Assembly (NCBI GenBank): GCA_000004985.1
Contig: GG738940.1
Origin: Naegleria gruberi
Lineage: Eukaryota
Direction: 5' to 3' (one strand)
DNA: 39,839 bases
Of this stretch, positions 9,590 through 20,569 are shown one piece after another. The notes under the pieces are model-generated. The model saw nothing but the letters and a program-made list of their open reading frames with translations. It had not been told where the DNA came from and ran no database searches. Position 1 is the stretch's first letter. Every line of letters begins with the position of its first letter. Both the position numbers and the translations under genes were made by a program.

Positions 9590-11304
9590 ATGAATCAACA
9601 TCCCACTTCATTTCCACCTTCTCAACAAGAACAAGAATATCGGAATGGTGATGATCATAACCAAAAACAAATGTTGAGCACGAAGGCTTGTTTATCATGT
9701 AAAAATTCACATAAAAAGGTAAGAAGAAGAAATTAAAAGGAGATTGCAATCATTTGATGATCATCAAGTGCGATAAATTAATTCCTGCTTGTTCTAGATG
9801 TAAACAAAAAGGCTTTAAATGTGAATATAATTATGAAACTCCATCTTTAAAAAAGAAAAATGTTCGAATGAATCCTCTGCATAATAACAGTGCTAATGAA
9901 AATGTTAGACAAATTAAAAAGAATACAATTCAGACGTATGCTGAAATAATTTGTATTGGTTCTCCTGCATTTTCAATGGAACAAATGGAAGAGATGATAT
10001 TTATGGATACAAGTACACTTATTAATGAAAGAAAGGATATTTTGGCATATTTATTATCTGTTCAAGGATTGTGTGAGCAGAGGTTTGGATTTTTGGATTT
10101 TTCTGAAAAATCAATGCAAAGAGCAAGAGAAGTGCTGAAACACGTTTATGATCAAAACGAAAATCAATATGTGGCATGCACCTATAATCATATGGCATTC
10201 TATTTTGCAGGTACAATGGACAGGAAACGAGCTAGATTTTATTTGAGTTGTAGTGAAAACTTTATTTCGGAATTGGATATCTATGCAACCCAAAGAAATT
10301 TATCAAAACAAGAGGCTCTACAAGAAAGGCAACATTCTTTCGGATCTAATGTTGTAATGAGTGTGAGAGATTTTATGATATTTAAAAATGTTGTTGAAAC
10401 TCTTGCAAGTCAATCTAATCCTCTACCAGTTTCAGATATTCTAGAAAATACGTTTTATCAAATTGTTGGCATTGAAATTCCAGAAGAATTGAAAAAATAT
10501 GTAGATTTCAACTTGATCAATATTTATGATATTAATACATTGGAGGAGAGAATTAGAGGGTTTGAAGCTGTATTCAATATGATTCATGTTTCATTGAAAC
10601 AATCTGTTAGACCGAGTATGTGCCAAAAAATGCACGAATTTGTACAATTATTTATGCTCAATGGTGTGAGAATTTTAAAAATCTCAATAGCCAATATACC
10701 AATACCTCTCAGTAAGGAACACGAACCCTGGATTAAATTACTGGAACAAAGTGCTCTCGCGCTGACTGAAGCATCACAAACAGATTTTTTCTCTTTCATC
10801 TCACCTCTAATGATACCCTATTATCTTGCCAGTGCTAATGTAAATTTGGAGATTCTTAAATCAATTGTGGAGGGTAAACGACAAAATAATCAACCATTTC
10901 CAAGAGTTTACAGATTTGGAATTCATGAAATATTTCCAGAAGAAATTCTTACAGACACAGTTGACTATTTTCAAGTTGTCAAGAAGGATTTAAGAGCACT
11001 ACAGGTATTATCCAGTCGATACAGATACATTTCTGTCTATGTGGAAAACACTGAAAAATTATTAATACAAGCTGAAACTCAATTCGAGCATAACGTGGAA
11101 TTCACTTCTAATTCTGAAAGTAATTCATTTGATAGAACATTCTCCTACTACAAACAAATGAGACAATTCCTATTGAAAATTAATGATAAGATTGATAAAT
11201 TCCTACCTCAAGAAGAAGAACTTTTAGAATTTCTCAATGATAACGTTGATCCTTTCCTCTGTCAGGATATGGACATTTCAGAATTTAACAGTTATTTCCT
11301 GTAA
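9590..11304 (+). CDS. Zn(2)-Cys(6) binuclear-cluster (fungal-type) transcription factor. Exon 1 is 9590..9718, the intron is 9719..9768 (50 nt, GT..AG), and exon 2 is 9769..11304.
   Basis: The ATG at 9590 opens MNQHPTSFPPSQQEQEYRNGDDHNQKQMLSTKACLSCKNSHKK | CDKLIPACSRCKQKGFKC. After splicing, the cysteines follow C-x2-C-x6-C-x6-C-x2-C-x6-C, the canonical Zn2Cys6 spacing. The 9754 ORF in the track is exon 2 only. Confidence 0.7.
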
Positions 11305-11446
11305 CATTTAATATAAATTATTTAATACAACTTAATTTTTAACATTATTACAATATGTAAAATCTTAATTTCTAAATAACAACCAAATTGAAAGCAAAAA
11401 GTAAAAAACGCAGAAATTATTATTTTCTATAAATTAATTTAAAAAA

Positions 11447-11770
11447 ATGTCTGAACCTCAAGGTGCAACCCTCCGTAATGCTCGTTCTATCTACAATGCC
11501 AATGAAATGACATTGGCTATGAATGTTGCTAAATCACGTGAACGTTGCAGATGGGCTGGTGGTTACTTGAGTGTATTAACTATTGGTAGTATGGGTTATT
11601 GGGCCCTTGCTAAGAAATTCCCTGTCGGAGCCTTGATTCCTATCAGTGCTGTTGCAACCTATGCTTTGTGGGAATATGATTTAGGATATGGAAATAAATT
11701 ACATAGAATGGGTCAAGAAGCACAACAAATTCAAACCAAGGAAAGATATAAATATTTCGGAAAGTATTAA
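11447..11770 (+). CDS. small two-TM membrane protein, PLGRKT (plasminogen receptor KT)-like
   Basis: 107 aa. The motif ...VATYALWEYDLGYGNKLHRMGQEAQ matches the conserved YDLGYG-x-L-x-RM-x-EA core of the PLGRKT family. A preceding hydrophobic helix is also present. Confidence 0.5.
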   Translation: MSEPQGATLRNARSIYNANEMTLAMNVAKSRERCRWAGGYLSVLTIGSMGYWALAKKFPVGALIPISAVATYALWEYDLGYGNKLHRMGQEAQQIQTKERYKYFGKY

Positions 11771-11986
11771 ATACTCTTGTGATGATATACTTCAGCAAGC
11801 ATTGGATATGTAAATTGGATGTTATTGTTATCAGCACGGTTGATTGGTGCTATAGGCAATAATTTTGGCTCAATTTGTTTAATTATTATTATAAGGAATG
11901 CAGAAAAGGCGAATATAATTTATTTTGTAAATAAATTATTGTTTTATTAACATTTTATCATCTTTGAAGACATTACTTTTGATAAT

Positions 11987-13249
11987 TTAGTGGAACAACA
12001 TTTTAGAGATCAAATCAGGACCTAATTCTTCATAATCAGCACGTCTAATCCAACGATCTTGGAATGAAGACAAACTTGAAAGAATTGAACCACCAATCCA
12101 AACTGAATATTTACGTTCAGGAGGAGCAATAATTCGTAATCTAACAGCACCACCTACCATACGTGTCATTTCACGTGTTAAACGTTCTTGAATACCCTTA
12201 ATAAGAGTATTACCACCAGAGAGAATGACATTCTTAAACATATTCTTTCTGATATCCATATTACAATGTTGAATTGAGGTATTTAACAATTCGTGAATAC
12301 CCAATTCTTCTGAACCAATCATATTTGGTTGGAACAAAATTTCTGCAGCTTGGAAACGTTCACAATCAATATTAATAAATGTACCATCTGGTAATTGGAA
12401 TTGATTTCTGAATTCATTCTTCTTTGATTCTTGGAATAATTTCAAAGTGTGATCATAATTCAAAGCAACATAACATGAAGCTTCCTTAACATCACGAACG
12501 AAATCTAATGAAGCACTATTTTGTGTAAAATCATATCCAGAATGTTGTAACATTAATTTTGTTAAATGATTAGTAATATCACAACCTGCCAATTCACTTT
12601 TTAACATGGCATATGTTTGAGGATAACCTTCAAACACTGGAACAACGTGTGTCGATCCATCACCTGAATCTAAAACAATACCATCTAAATCACCAGTTGC
12701 ATATATTGAGAGCAATCCTTGAATTGCAAAGAATAATGAATGTGATTGGAATTTTTCAAATAATAATTGAATATACTGTTGACGATGAGTGACTGATGTC
12801 AATGGTTGTTCTGTCAATAAAATTGGGTGATCTTTTGGATTAACACGTAAATGGAAATGATAAATATGTTCTAATAACAATTCAATATCATCCCAATTTT
12901 GAACACCTTTACCTCCACGATTAATTGGATGAGATAATTCACAAATACCCTTTCTTTGATGGGCTTCCAATCCAACAAAATATGATTTTGCTTCATTCAT
13001 TTTCTCTCTTGCTCCAAATAATTTACGAGTGTCGACATGACTTTTTGGTTTTCCAATAATTGTTGGGAAAACTGCTTTTGGAAATTGTTCTCCTGCCAAT
13101 CCTGCTTTAACAAAACTACTTCCCAAATCACAAACAATGGCTCCTTGATGGTCACGAATTAAATTCATGGTATTGATGTGTCCGGTATGAGCAACAATGG
13201 TATCATCATTGATAGCTTGTGCTCTCTTATTATATGGTATATAGGACAT
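11987..13249 (-). CDS. actin-related protein (Arp1/Arp2-like; actin fold)
   Basis: IVCDLGSSFVKAGLAGEQFPKAVFPTIIGKPK corresponds to the actin N-terminal phosphate-1 region. The sequence also has LLTEQPL, IVLDSGDGSTHVVPVFEGY, SVWIGGSILSSLSSFQDRWI and a GPDLISKMLFH tail. I estimate roughly 40% identity to actin by eye, and there is an N-terminal extension. Confidence 0.75.
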   Translation of the reverse strand: MSYIPYNKRAQAINDDTIVAHTGHINTMNLIRDHQGAIVCDLGSSFVKAGLAGEQFPKAVFPTIIGKPKSHVDTRKLFGAREKMNEAKSYFVGLEAHQRKGICELSHPINRGGKGVQNWDDIELLLEHIYHFHLRVNPKDHPILLTEQPLTSVTHRQQYIQLLFEKFQSHSLFFAIQGLLSIYATGDLDGIVLDSGDGSTHVVPVFEGYPQTYAMLKSELAGCDITNHLTKLMLQHSGYDFTQNSASLDFVRDVKEASCYVALNYDHTLKLFQESKKNEFRNQFQLPDGTFINIDCERFQAAEILFQPNMIGSEELGIHELLNTSIQHCNMDIRKNMFKNVILSGGNTLIKGIQERLTREMTRMVGGAVRLRIIAPPERKYSVWIGGSILSSLSSFQDRWIRRADYEELGPDLISKMLFH

Positions 13250-13499
13250 TGTGAAAATATAAAGATACTGTTATTATTATTTCTGCACTGTTGATGAAGA
13301 ATTTTTTTTGATGAGTGAAGGTAATGGATGACATTTAAATGACAGACAGGTGAAAATAGATTACTCTATATTGTCTGATCATTAAGAGTGAAAAAACATC
13401 ATCAATTACTAATTGATGATGAAAATTAATTGAATTTGTTTTTATAGTATAGTAGTACATGCAAAATTGTTGAAATAAATAAGTAGATCTCTCACAAAA

Positions 13500-14627
13500 T
13501 TAATCCTTCTTTTTCTTCTTCTTGTCATCCTCATCATCGGAATCATCCACGTCATCTTCTCTGATATCATCCAATCCTCTTCCAACTAATTTTCTCCAAA
13601 CAATCTTTGAAATTAAGGAAAACCAAAAGATGTGAAGACAAACCAACATTGCCATCAAAGCGATCAAAGCCCAATATGGACTTAAACAATAACGTTGGAG
13701 GCAAATACCATAATCACTAACTTCAATAGGAGTCACGGAATCACTCACATAACGTACCAGATAATATCTTGATGGATAATCCCAACCTGCATAATTTGTC
13801 AATGATTTAAGAATAAGTGATGGGAAGTAAATTAATCTCAACAATAAGAAAGCCAACACAAAGAGAACAAATAATGCTGTAGTGGTGGATTCCCTTGCTT
13901 TCATGTGTTTAGAAGCCTTGGCACAGTAGAGAAAAATATCGACAACATCATGTAAAATTAATACTAATGTTCCAATACGATGATAATAAACGGAAATACA
14001 ACCATAAATCAAGCCAATAGTAACCAAGTGATGAACGAGCATTTCCCAGAAATCCTTCATCTTTTCATCAACAAAAATCAGTGTAAATAAAGCTTGAACA
14101 TAGAAACCTGCTCCTACAAGCAAATATTCTCTCATAAGTGGATATTCAAAGCCAGTGTGTTGTTCAGGATAACCAATAATTAAATGATTTAAATCAAATA
14201 ACCACGGAGTTTGTTGCAAAATTAAAAAGCCTGCAATTGATGATATTGTATAATAAAGAGAAAACCAAGTATTTTCTTGAACTCTGTGAGCTTTAGCTGC
14301 AGCTTCCTTTTCATCCTTTTTATCATTTGATTTCTTGTTCAATCCAAATAAGTGAGCAACAATTTTTTCAATAACAAGTCGTCTAACAATAAAGATAATC
14401 ACAGCAGAAATTAATACAAATTGTGTATCTTGATAAAGCCAATTACTTCTTCTTATTGGTGCAGGTTCATTACTACCAAAAATCATAGGGAAGGAATGCG
14501 GTGGACCATTTATAATACCTTCTTTTTGTGTATAAAGATAGGAATTATTAGATCCCATCACTCCGAACCAAGAATCAACCACGTGATAAAACAAGTTACC
14601 ACCAGCAGCTGTTTGAGATGAAGACAT
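13500..14627 (-). CDS. ceramide synthase (TLC / Lag1-type) multi-pass membrane protein with an acidic-then-lysine C-terminal tail
   Basis: The Lag1 motif is present: HHLVTIGLIYGCISVYYHRIGTLVLILHDVVDIFLYCAKASKHMK (conserved HH ... D..D..L..K). Several TM helices are predicted. The C-terminus reads DDVDDSDDEDDKKKKKKD. Confidence 0.75.
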   Translation of the reverse strand: MSSSQTAAGGNLFYHVVDSWFGVMGSNNSYLYTQKEGIINGPPHSFPMIFGSNEPAPIRRSNWLYQDTQFVLISAVIIFIVRRLVIEKIVAHLFGLNKKSNDKKDEKEAAAKAHRVQENTWFSLYYTISSIAGFLILQQTPWLFDLNHLIIGYPEQHTGFEYPLMREYLLVGAGFYVQALFTLIFVDEKMKDFWEMLVHHLVTIGLIYGCISVYYHRIGTLVLILHDVVDIFLYCAKASKHMKARESTTTALFVLFVLAFLLLRLIYFPSLILKSLTNYAGWDYPSRYYLVRYVSDSVTPIEVSDYGICLQRYCLSPYWALIALMAMLVCLHIFWFSLISKIVWRKLVGRGLDDIREDDVDDSDDEDDKKKKKKD

Positions 14628-14888
14628 TTTTTACGAGTGAGTTGAAATTTTGTGTGTTGAATATTTGGGCGCCAAATTTGTACGAAAAATGTAACCGTTG
14701 GGTCTTCGAAGGAAAATTAGAAAGTCTTAAGCGTGCAAGCGAAGAAGGCAGCTTGGAAGTTGTTTTTTTTCTACTTGAGATTTGTTTTAATGTTCTAATG
14801 ATGTTGTTATCATGATCACAGTGGATAACACATCAGTAAGGCTTCTAGAAACATTAATCGCTATCCCGGTGTTATCCAACTAAATCTT

Positions 14889-14948
14889 CTCTCTCCGCNN
14901 NNNNNNNNNNNNNNNNNNNNNNNNNNNNNNNNNNNNNNNNNNNNNNNN
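14889..14948. other. assembly gap (60 N) in the divergent intergenic region between the TLC and formin genes
   Basis: N run. Confidence 0.99.
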
Positions 14949-15183
14949 CCTGATCCAAATAATTTCCATGCTTCCCTAAAGGACGGTGTAATATTATGTG
15001 AGTGAGTATTCATATTACAATTATTAACTGTTTAATAATATTAATAATAATATTAATAATAATAATATTTAATAATATTGAATTTAATACAATTTAAACA
15101 ATTATAATAGATTAATTGTAAAATTACGTGGTCTTAAATATGGCAATTATCAAAAGGAAGTAAATGGAACATCATTTAAAGAA

Positions 15184-18100
15184 ATGGAAAATATTGCCTT
15201 CTTTATTCAAAATGTTCAAAAAATTGGATTAAAATGTGAATGGACAATTAGAGCATTACACAAAAATTCTGATCTTAATTCTGTTTTGAAAACTGTAATT
15301 GATTTATCAAAACATTTTGAAACCAAGTTTAGAAATTCAAATGCAGTCCAATCTAAAAACAGTAGTAGTGAAGAGGAATTATTTACTGGACCTTTCTTGA
15401 AATTACCAATTTTATTTAAACAACCATCAAATGCAACTATTGAAGTGAATGCTTCTGTACCAATGTGGAAAAGTGCATTAAGAAAGACAACCAGTGGTGT
15501 GAAATTAACAAGTGAAACTGAAACAACAACAACTCCAGCAACGACAACGACTGAGGAAAAAACATCAACTCCTACTGCCACAACTCCAATAGAGAAATCT
15601 TCACCAACAACTTTACAAAATACAGTTTCAACTCCTTCTACAGTAGAAGTTAAACCAGAAACTAAAACAACTGCATCAAATTCTAATGCAAGTTCTACTG
15701 CCACTAGTTCAAAAAGTACTGCCACTGCAAGTAAGCAGCAACCAACACAAGAAGTTGTGGAAAAGAAAGTTGAACCAACAAACAAGGATGTTAAAACAAC
15801 ATCCGCCACTGTTGCTACCAAGGAAGTGACCACAAAAACACCAGTAACTACTGAGGTCAATCCAACAAGTGATAAAAAGACAGCAACAGGAACTTCTGCA
15901 AATAATGGCAGTAGCTCAAGTTCGACATCTAATTCATCTACTGGAAATTCATCACCAAGAGAAAAGATTCCTGACAAGACTTCTCCAACAACTGCTGCTA
16001 TTCCTTCTAAGGCAATTTTAAAGCCAACTAGCAAGACAAGCAATAATACTCCTTCTACCCCTCAATCAAGTGGACAAGTGCCTGGGGAATGGACTAAATT
16101 GAAGCCAACAAATTCTGGAAATAACCTCAAAGAAGCTGCCAACTCTGAAAAGCAACCTGAATTTTTAACAAATCGATTAAGACCTGTCTCTGTAAAGATG
16201 AACGCATCACCACTATCTGAAGCACTCAAGAATGAAAATTCAACAAAGGAAACCCCAAGTACAACTGCACCTGTGGTCGAAAAGCAACCAGTGACTAAGG
16301 TTGAACCAGTTAAAGATGTCAAGACTACAACTCCTGTTACTACTAAGGAAGTTACCACAACACCTGTCAAGGAAGAAAAGCTAATTCCTCAAAAAACAAC
16401 TCCTCCAAAAGAGGTTACACCAAGTAAGGATGTTAAAAAAGATCCAGTTTCAACTCCTCAAGAAGCATCTCCTAATACTGGAGTTTCATATTTGGCTAAT
16501 TTGAAATCTACACATGCTAAGAATGTCTCAACTCCAACATCAAATGAAGTGCCAAATTTCAAGGCCCAACTGAAACCAGTTGCCAAACCAGCAAATGAAC
16601 CTTCAAATAATACACCAACATCAGTAAGTGCAACAACAGGAGGCGGTATTTTCCCAGTTCAATTGAAAAAAACAAACATTTCACTTGCATCTTTGGAAAA
16701 TAAGGAAACAACCTCTCCTTCAGGTTCCAACACAAAAACCAATTCAGGATTCGGCTCTCCAAGAAGTGATTCTGGATCAAGTACTACAAATACCAGTCAA
16801 TATGTGGCTAATGAATCTACTGCAGATTCATTGTCTGAAGATGGATCAAGTGTAATGGACTTTGATGAAGATGAAGAAGACATGAGTAATGATCAAGGAA
16901 TTTCTTATAATATTAAGAAATTGAAAGATCAAGTCACTAATCAACATCCTTCTGCTGAATATTTGTACTCACTTTACAAACTTATTGAGAAGAAATCAGT
17001 GAAATGGTGTACAAAATTCTCAGATCAAGAAGGAGGTGCCAAATATCTTGGCCAAATCATCACAACCATGAATGAAAAGAAATATAGAAGTATGAATGAA
17101 AAAACAGTTCAAGAAAGAAGTTTGAAATGTTGTCACGCTCTGATTGAAAAGGGTATTTTTGATCCATTCCTCAAGAATCCAAGTTCTGTTTCTGCGATTA
17201 CTTTCATGATTGATTCAAAAGATGGTATCAAGATTAGAATTATGGCTTTGGAAATCTTGTCATTGATTTGTACTTATAATGAACAAGGTTTTTGGACAGT
17301 TCTGGAAGGGTTAAACAGATACAAAACAGAAAAGAAGGAACCAAGAAGATTCCGTGACTTGATTGAATTCCTTAAAGTAGAAAAGGATGAAAAGTTGAAA
17401 ACTTTCTGTTTAATGTTATTGAACTCACTTATTAACACTCCTCAAGATTCGTTTATTAGAATTTTGATCAGAAATGAATTGAAACAACTTGGATTGGAAA
17501 CAGTTGTTGATAAATTGAGTAATGATCTGCAACATGATAGAATTAGAGATGAAAATTTGAAAGAACAAATTAAAGTTTTCGAAGAAGAAATGATGATTGG
17601 TTTAATTGAAAAAGAACAAGCAGGTGTTTCAGATGATTCTGAGAACACAACTGAAAATCTCTTTAAGAATTTCAAATCCGAGACTGATCCATTGAAAATT
17701 GTCAAATTACTCATCTTGAGATTGGGTGCCACAACTGGTACCTCACATTTGGTATCTATTTTACAAAATTTACTTTCCTACTCGATGAGTTCAAGTATGG
17801 ATCCAAAGTTTGAACCACAATTATTAACAAGTTGGAAGAATTTGGACAATACCATTAAATCAATGGTTCAAGCTTGTCAAATGAAAGGAGATAGTGGTAT
17901 TATTGAAGATATTGCCAAGAAGGAAAAGAATGCCAGTTTTGAGAAACAAAAACAAACTTCCAAGATTTCAAACCTCAACTTGACTATTGAAAAAACCAAC
18001 AAGGAAATTGACGAGTTGAAGAAACAAGTTGAAAATTGGAAGGTCAAATTCAATGAATCAACAAAGAATATTTCTATTCTTTCTAACCAATTGAATAATC

Positions 18101-20352
18101 TCCAAGCCAATAAGGACAACAATGCTCAACCAAATGATGTTAAAGTTGAACCAGTTCAACAAATTATTCCAATTGATACACAAATTTTCACAAAAGAAAT
18201 TGATGAACTGAAATTACTCGTTAAAGAAAAAGAGGATTCCGTAGAGAATGTAAATAAGGAGAATGACAAGCTCAAGGATCAGTTGAAAGAATTGTTAATG
18301 GAATTGGAAGAACACAGAAGAATGTCCTTCAAACAATCCTTACAAACTACTACAGGAACAGTCAGATCTAATTCTAGCAATACTTCGAGCATCTCTGAGG
18401 TCAGCAATCAGAATAGTGCTGTCATTGATCTAGAACCTTCTTTCACAACCGGTGCTGCTGGTTCTGGATTTGTACCTCCACCTCCAGGAGCTAGTGGTAG
18501 TGGATTTGTACCTCCACCTCCAACTGGAGCCTCTTCTGGTGGTTCCAGTCCTAATATTCCTCAAGTTCCAAACATGACTGGAGCTGGTTTACCTCCTCCA
18601 CCTCCTTCTGGTATTGTATCAATGTCAAAGAAGAATCCACTACCAGAATTATCAAAGAGAGCTCCAAAGAGTGCAGTTAAAAACTTTTATGGTGTTGCCA
18701 TCAATAGACATAAGGTTTCACAAACATGTTGGGTTAAAGGTGGTATTGCAGCTGAGTCTAAGGAAGTTCAAATTGATGAAGATGAATTGGAAGACTTGTT
18801 CTCAAATGCTCCAAAAAAGAACAACAAAGACGAGGAAAAGAAGCGTAAGGAATTGATATCATTTGTTGAACCACAAAAAGGAAGCGCTCTCTCAATTTTA
18901 TTGGGATATATTCGATTGGATTATTCTGAGATTAAGAGAGCCATTTTAGAAATGGATGAGGAAGTTTTGACTGCTCAAGTTGTTGATACTCTAAAGGATA
19001 AGATGGCAACTGCTGATGAATTGTCACAAATTGAGGCATACAATGGCGATGCAGATTTATTATCACCTGTAGATAAGTTTTATTTGGCCCTCAAGGATGT
19101 TCCAAGATTGGAAGGAAGATTATTCTGTTGGGCTTCAGATTTAAATTCCAAACAGAAGTATCAGAAGTTTTATCTGATTTGGAAACAGTTTTAACTGCTT
19201 CCACTCAAGTAGTTCAAAGTAGTAGATTTAAGAGATTGTTAGCTGTTATTTTGGCTATTGCTAACTTTTTGAATGCAAACTCTTCATCAAAGAAGAACGC
19301 CTATGGGTTCACATTGAACAGTTTGTCCAAGTTGCAAGACACCAAGACATCAGATAACAAGTCATCTCTCTTACAATATATCAGTTCATATTGTGAAAAA
19401 TCATTCCCTGATCTATTGAATATTAAGGAAGATTTTTCATCATTGGAGGATGCTACTCGTGTTTCCCTCGTTGAATCAGATAATGAATACAGAAAGTTAA
19501 AACAAGGATTTGAAACTATGGAAAGAGAATTACAGAATCCACAATGGGAATCCACAACTTTCAAGAATAACATGAGTGAATTCATGGAAAGTGCCACAAG
19601 ATTTTTAGATGATATTGATTCAATCTTATCAAAGATTGATGAGAAGTTAAAACAAATTGCTGAAGATTTTGCTGAGGACGAAAAGACAGTTTGTAAGAAT
19701 CCAAATGAACTCTTCCAAACCCTCAACAATTTCCTCAATAACTTTAGAAATGGTTATGAAGAACTTGTGAAACAGAGAGAAGCTGACGAAAAGAAGAAAC
19801 TCAAACAAAAAATCATGGAAGAAAAGAAGAAACAATCGGCTGCCTTCTTTTCCAATCATACCAACATGAGAAGTGAGNNNNNNNNNNNNNNNNNNNNNNN
19901 NNNNNNNNNNNNNNNNNNNNNNNNNNNGAAGCAACGATGCTCTCAAATCATCAACCATTACCAATGTACAGCAACAACCAGCAACTACGAGTCCACAAGA
20001 TTCAATTATTCCATCTTCACCACCTCCTCCACCTCCTGTTTCCTCTTCTTTAGAATCATCATCATCATCTACAAGTGAAATTGAATCATTCAATCCTCCA
20101 ACAATCAATACAGAACCAGTGTCATCGACAATTAACACAGAAACGTTATCAACAAGTACTCCAATTGAAGCTGAAACATCTGTAACAACACCATCATCAC
20201 AAGAAACCTCCTCTTCAGATGTAATGTCAGAGGCTGAACATTTAGAACTGTTGACCAAGATGAGAGACAGAAAGAAGAGTATTATGAGTGGATCTGCATT
20301 CAGAGAAAGAAGAATGACAAGATTTGCTATGGAAAGCAATGAACAACAATAA
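15184..20352 (+). CDS. diaphanous-related formin with an S/T-rich N-terminus, GBD/FH3, coiled coil, FH1 poly-Pro, FH2 and C-terminal DAD. The frame changes at ~19129 (GGG run), and the 50-N gap at 19878..19927 also changes the frame.
   Basis: The armadillo-like GBD/FH3 region reads KWCTKFSDQEGGAKYLGQIITTM...ALEILSLICTYNEQGFW. The FH1 region has GFVPPPPGASGSGFVPPPPTG...GLPPPPPSG. The FH2 region has KNFYGVAINRHKVSQTCWVK...LEGRLFCW, and continues in the -1 frame as GFRFKFQTEVSEV...NANSSSKKNAYGFTLNSLSKLQDTKTSDNKSSLL. After the gap, the adjacent frame carries a DAD-like tail: MSEAEHLELLTKMRDRKKSIMSGSAFRERRMTR (compare mDia ...MDSLLEAL..SGAAFRRKR). Confidence 0.8.
19878..19927. other. assembly gap (50 N) inside the formin 3' region
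   Basis: N run. Confidence 0.99.
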
Positions 20353-20569
20353 TTTACTAATAATTGAAAATATTCTCTTTCTAGTTCAATTACAATTTTG
20401 AATTAACTTGTGCATATTATTGCACATAAGCCAACAAGAAACAAATAATTAAATCCATTATTATCAAACGTTTTAATTAAATCTCCTTATTTTAAGCCTT
20501 TAATTCCCCTCTGTAATTATTATTATTTAAATTAGTTGATGAGAATAGTCCATAATTCCAATAATCTCT

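Noticed and set aside
6078-9749. Short antisense ORFs (6078..6320, 6689..7018, 7172..7627, 7895..8104, 8248..8502, 9534..9749)
   Set aside because: Each is embedded antisense in a longer, better-supported CDS. In the case of 9534..9749, it overlaps exon 1 and the intron of the Zn2Cys6 gene. They have no features of their own.
11987-13249. Assigning the Arp to a specific class (Arp1 versus Arp2) and giving a gene symbol
   Set aside because: Motifs such as FVKAGLAG are compatible with both. Without an alignment or tree, I keep it as a generic Arp.
14618-14815. 65-aa plus-strand ORF at the TLC gene start
   Set aside because: It overlaps the start codon region and 5' flank of the minus-strand TLC gene and has no features. 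It is probably spurious.
15216-16043. 275-aa minus-strand ORF (and 16062..16370, 17442..17732, 17877..18122) antisense to the formin gene
   Set aside because: These lie entirely inside a strongly supported plus-strand CDS. They are Val/Leu/Gly-rich mirror translations of the Thr/Ser-rich sense strand and carry no motifs.
19128-20078. Treating 19128..20078 as an independent gene starting with M
   Set aside because: The 'M' is a TTG taken as an alternative start by the ORF finder. The sequence is the continuation of the formin FH2 domain after a 1-nt frame change. The portion after the 19878..19927 gap (KQRCSQIINHYQ...) is non-coding, and the real C-terminus is in the adjacent frame (19928..20352).
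19647-20339. 230-aa minus-strand ORF through the gap, and 19301..19738 minus
   Set aside because: They are antisense to the formin 3' region, they span N, and they are Gly/Val-rich mirror artefacts.
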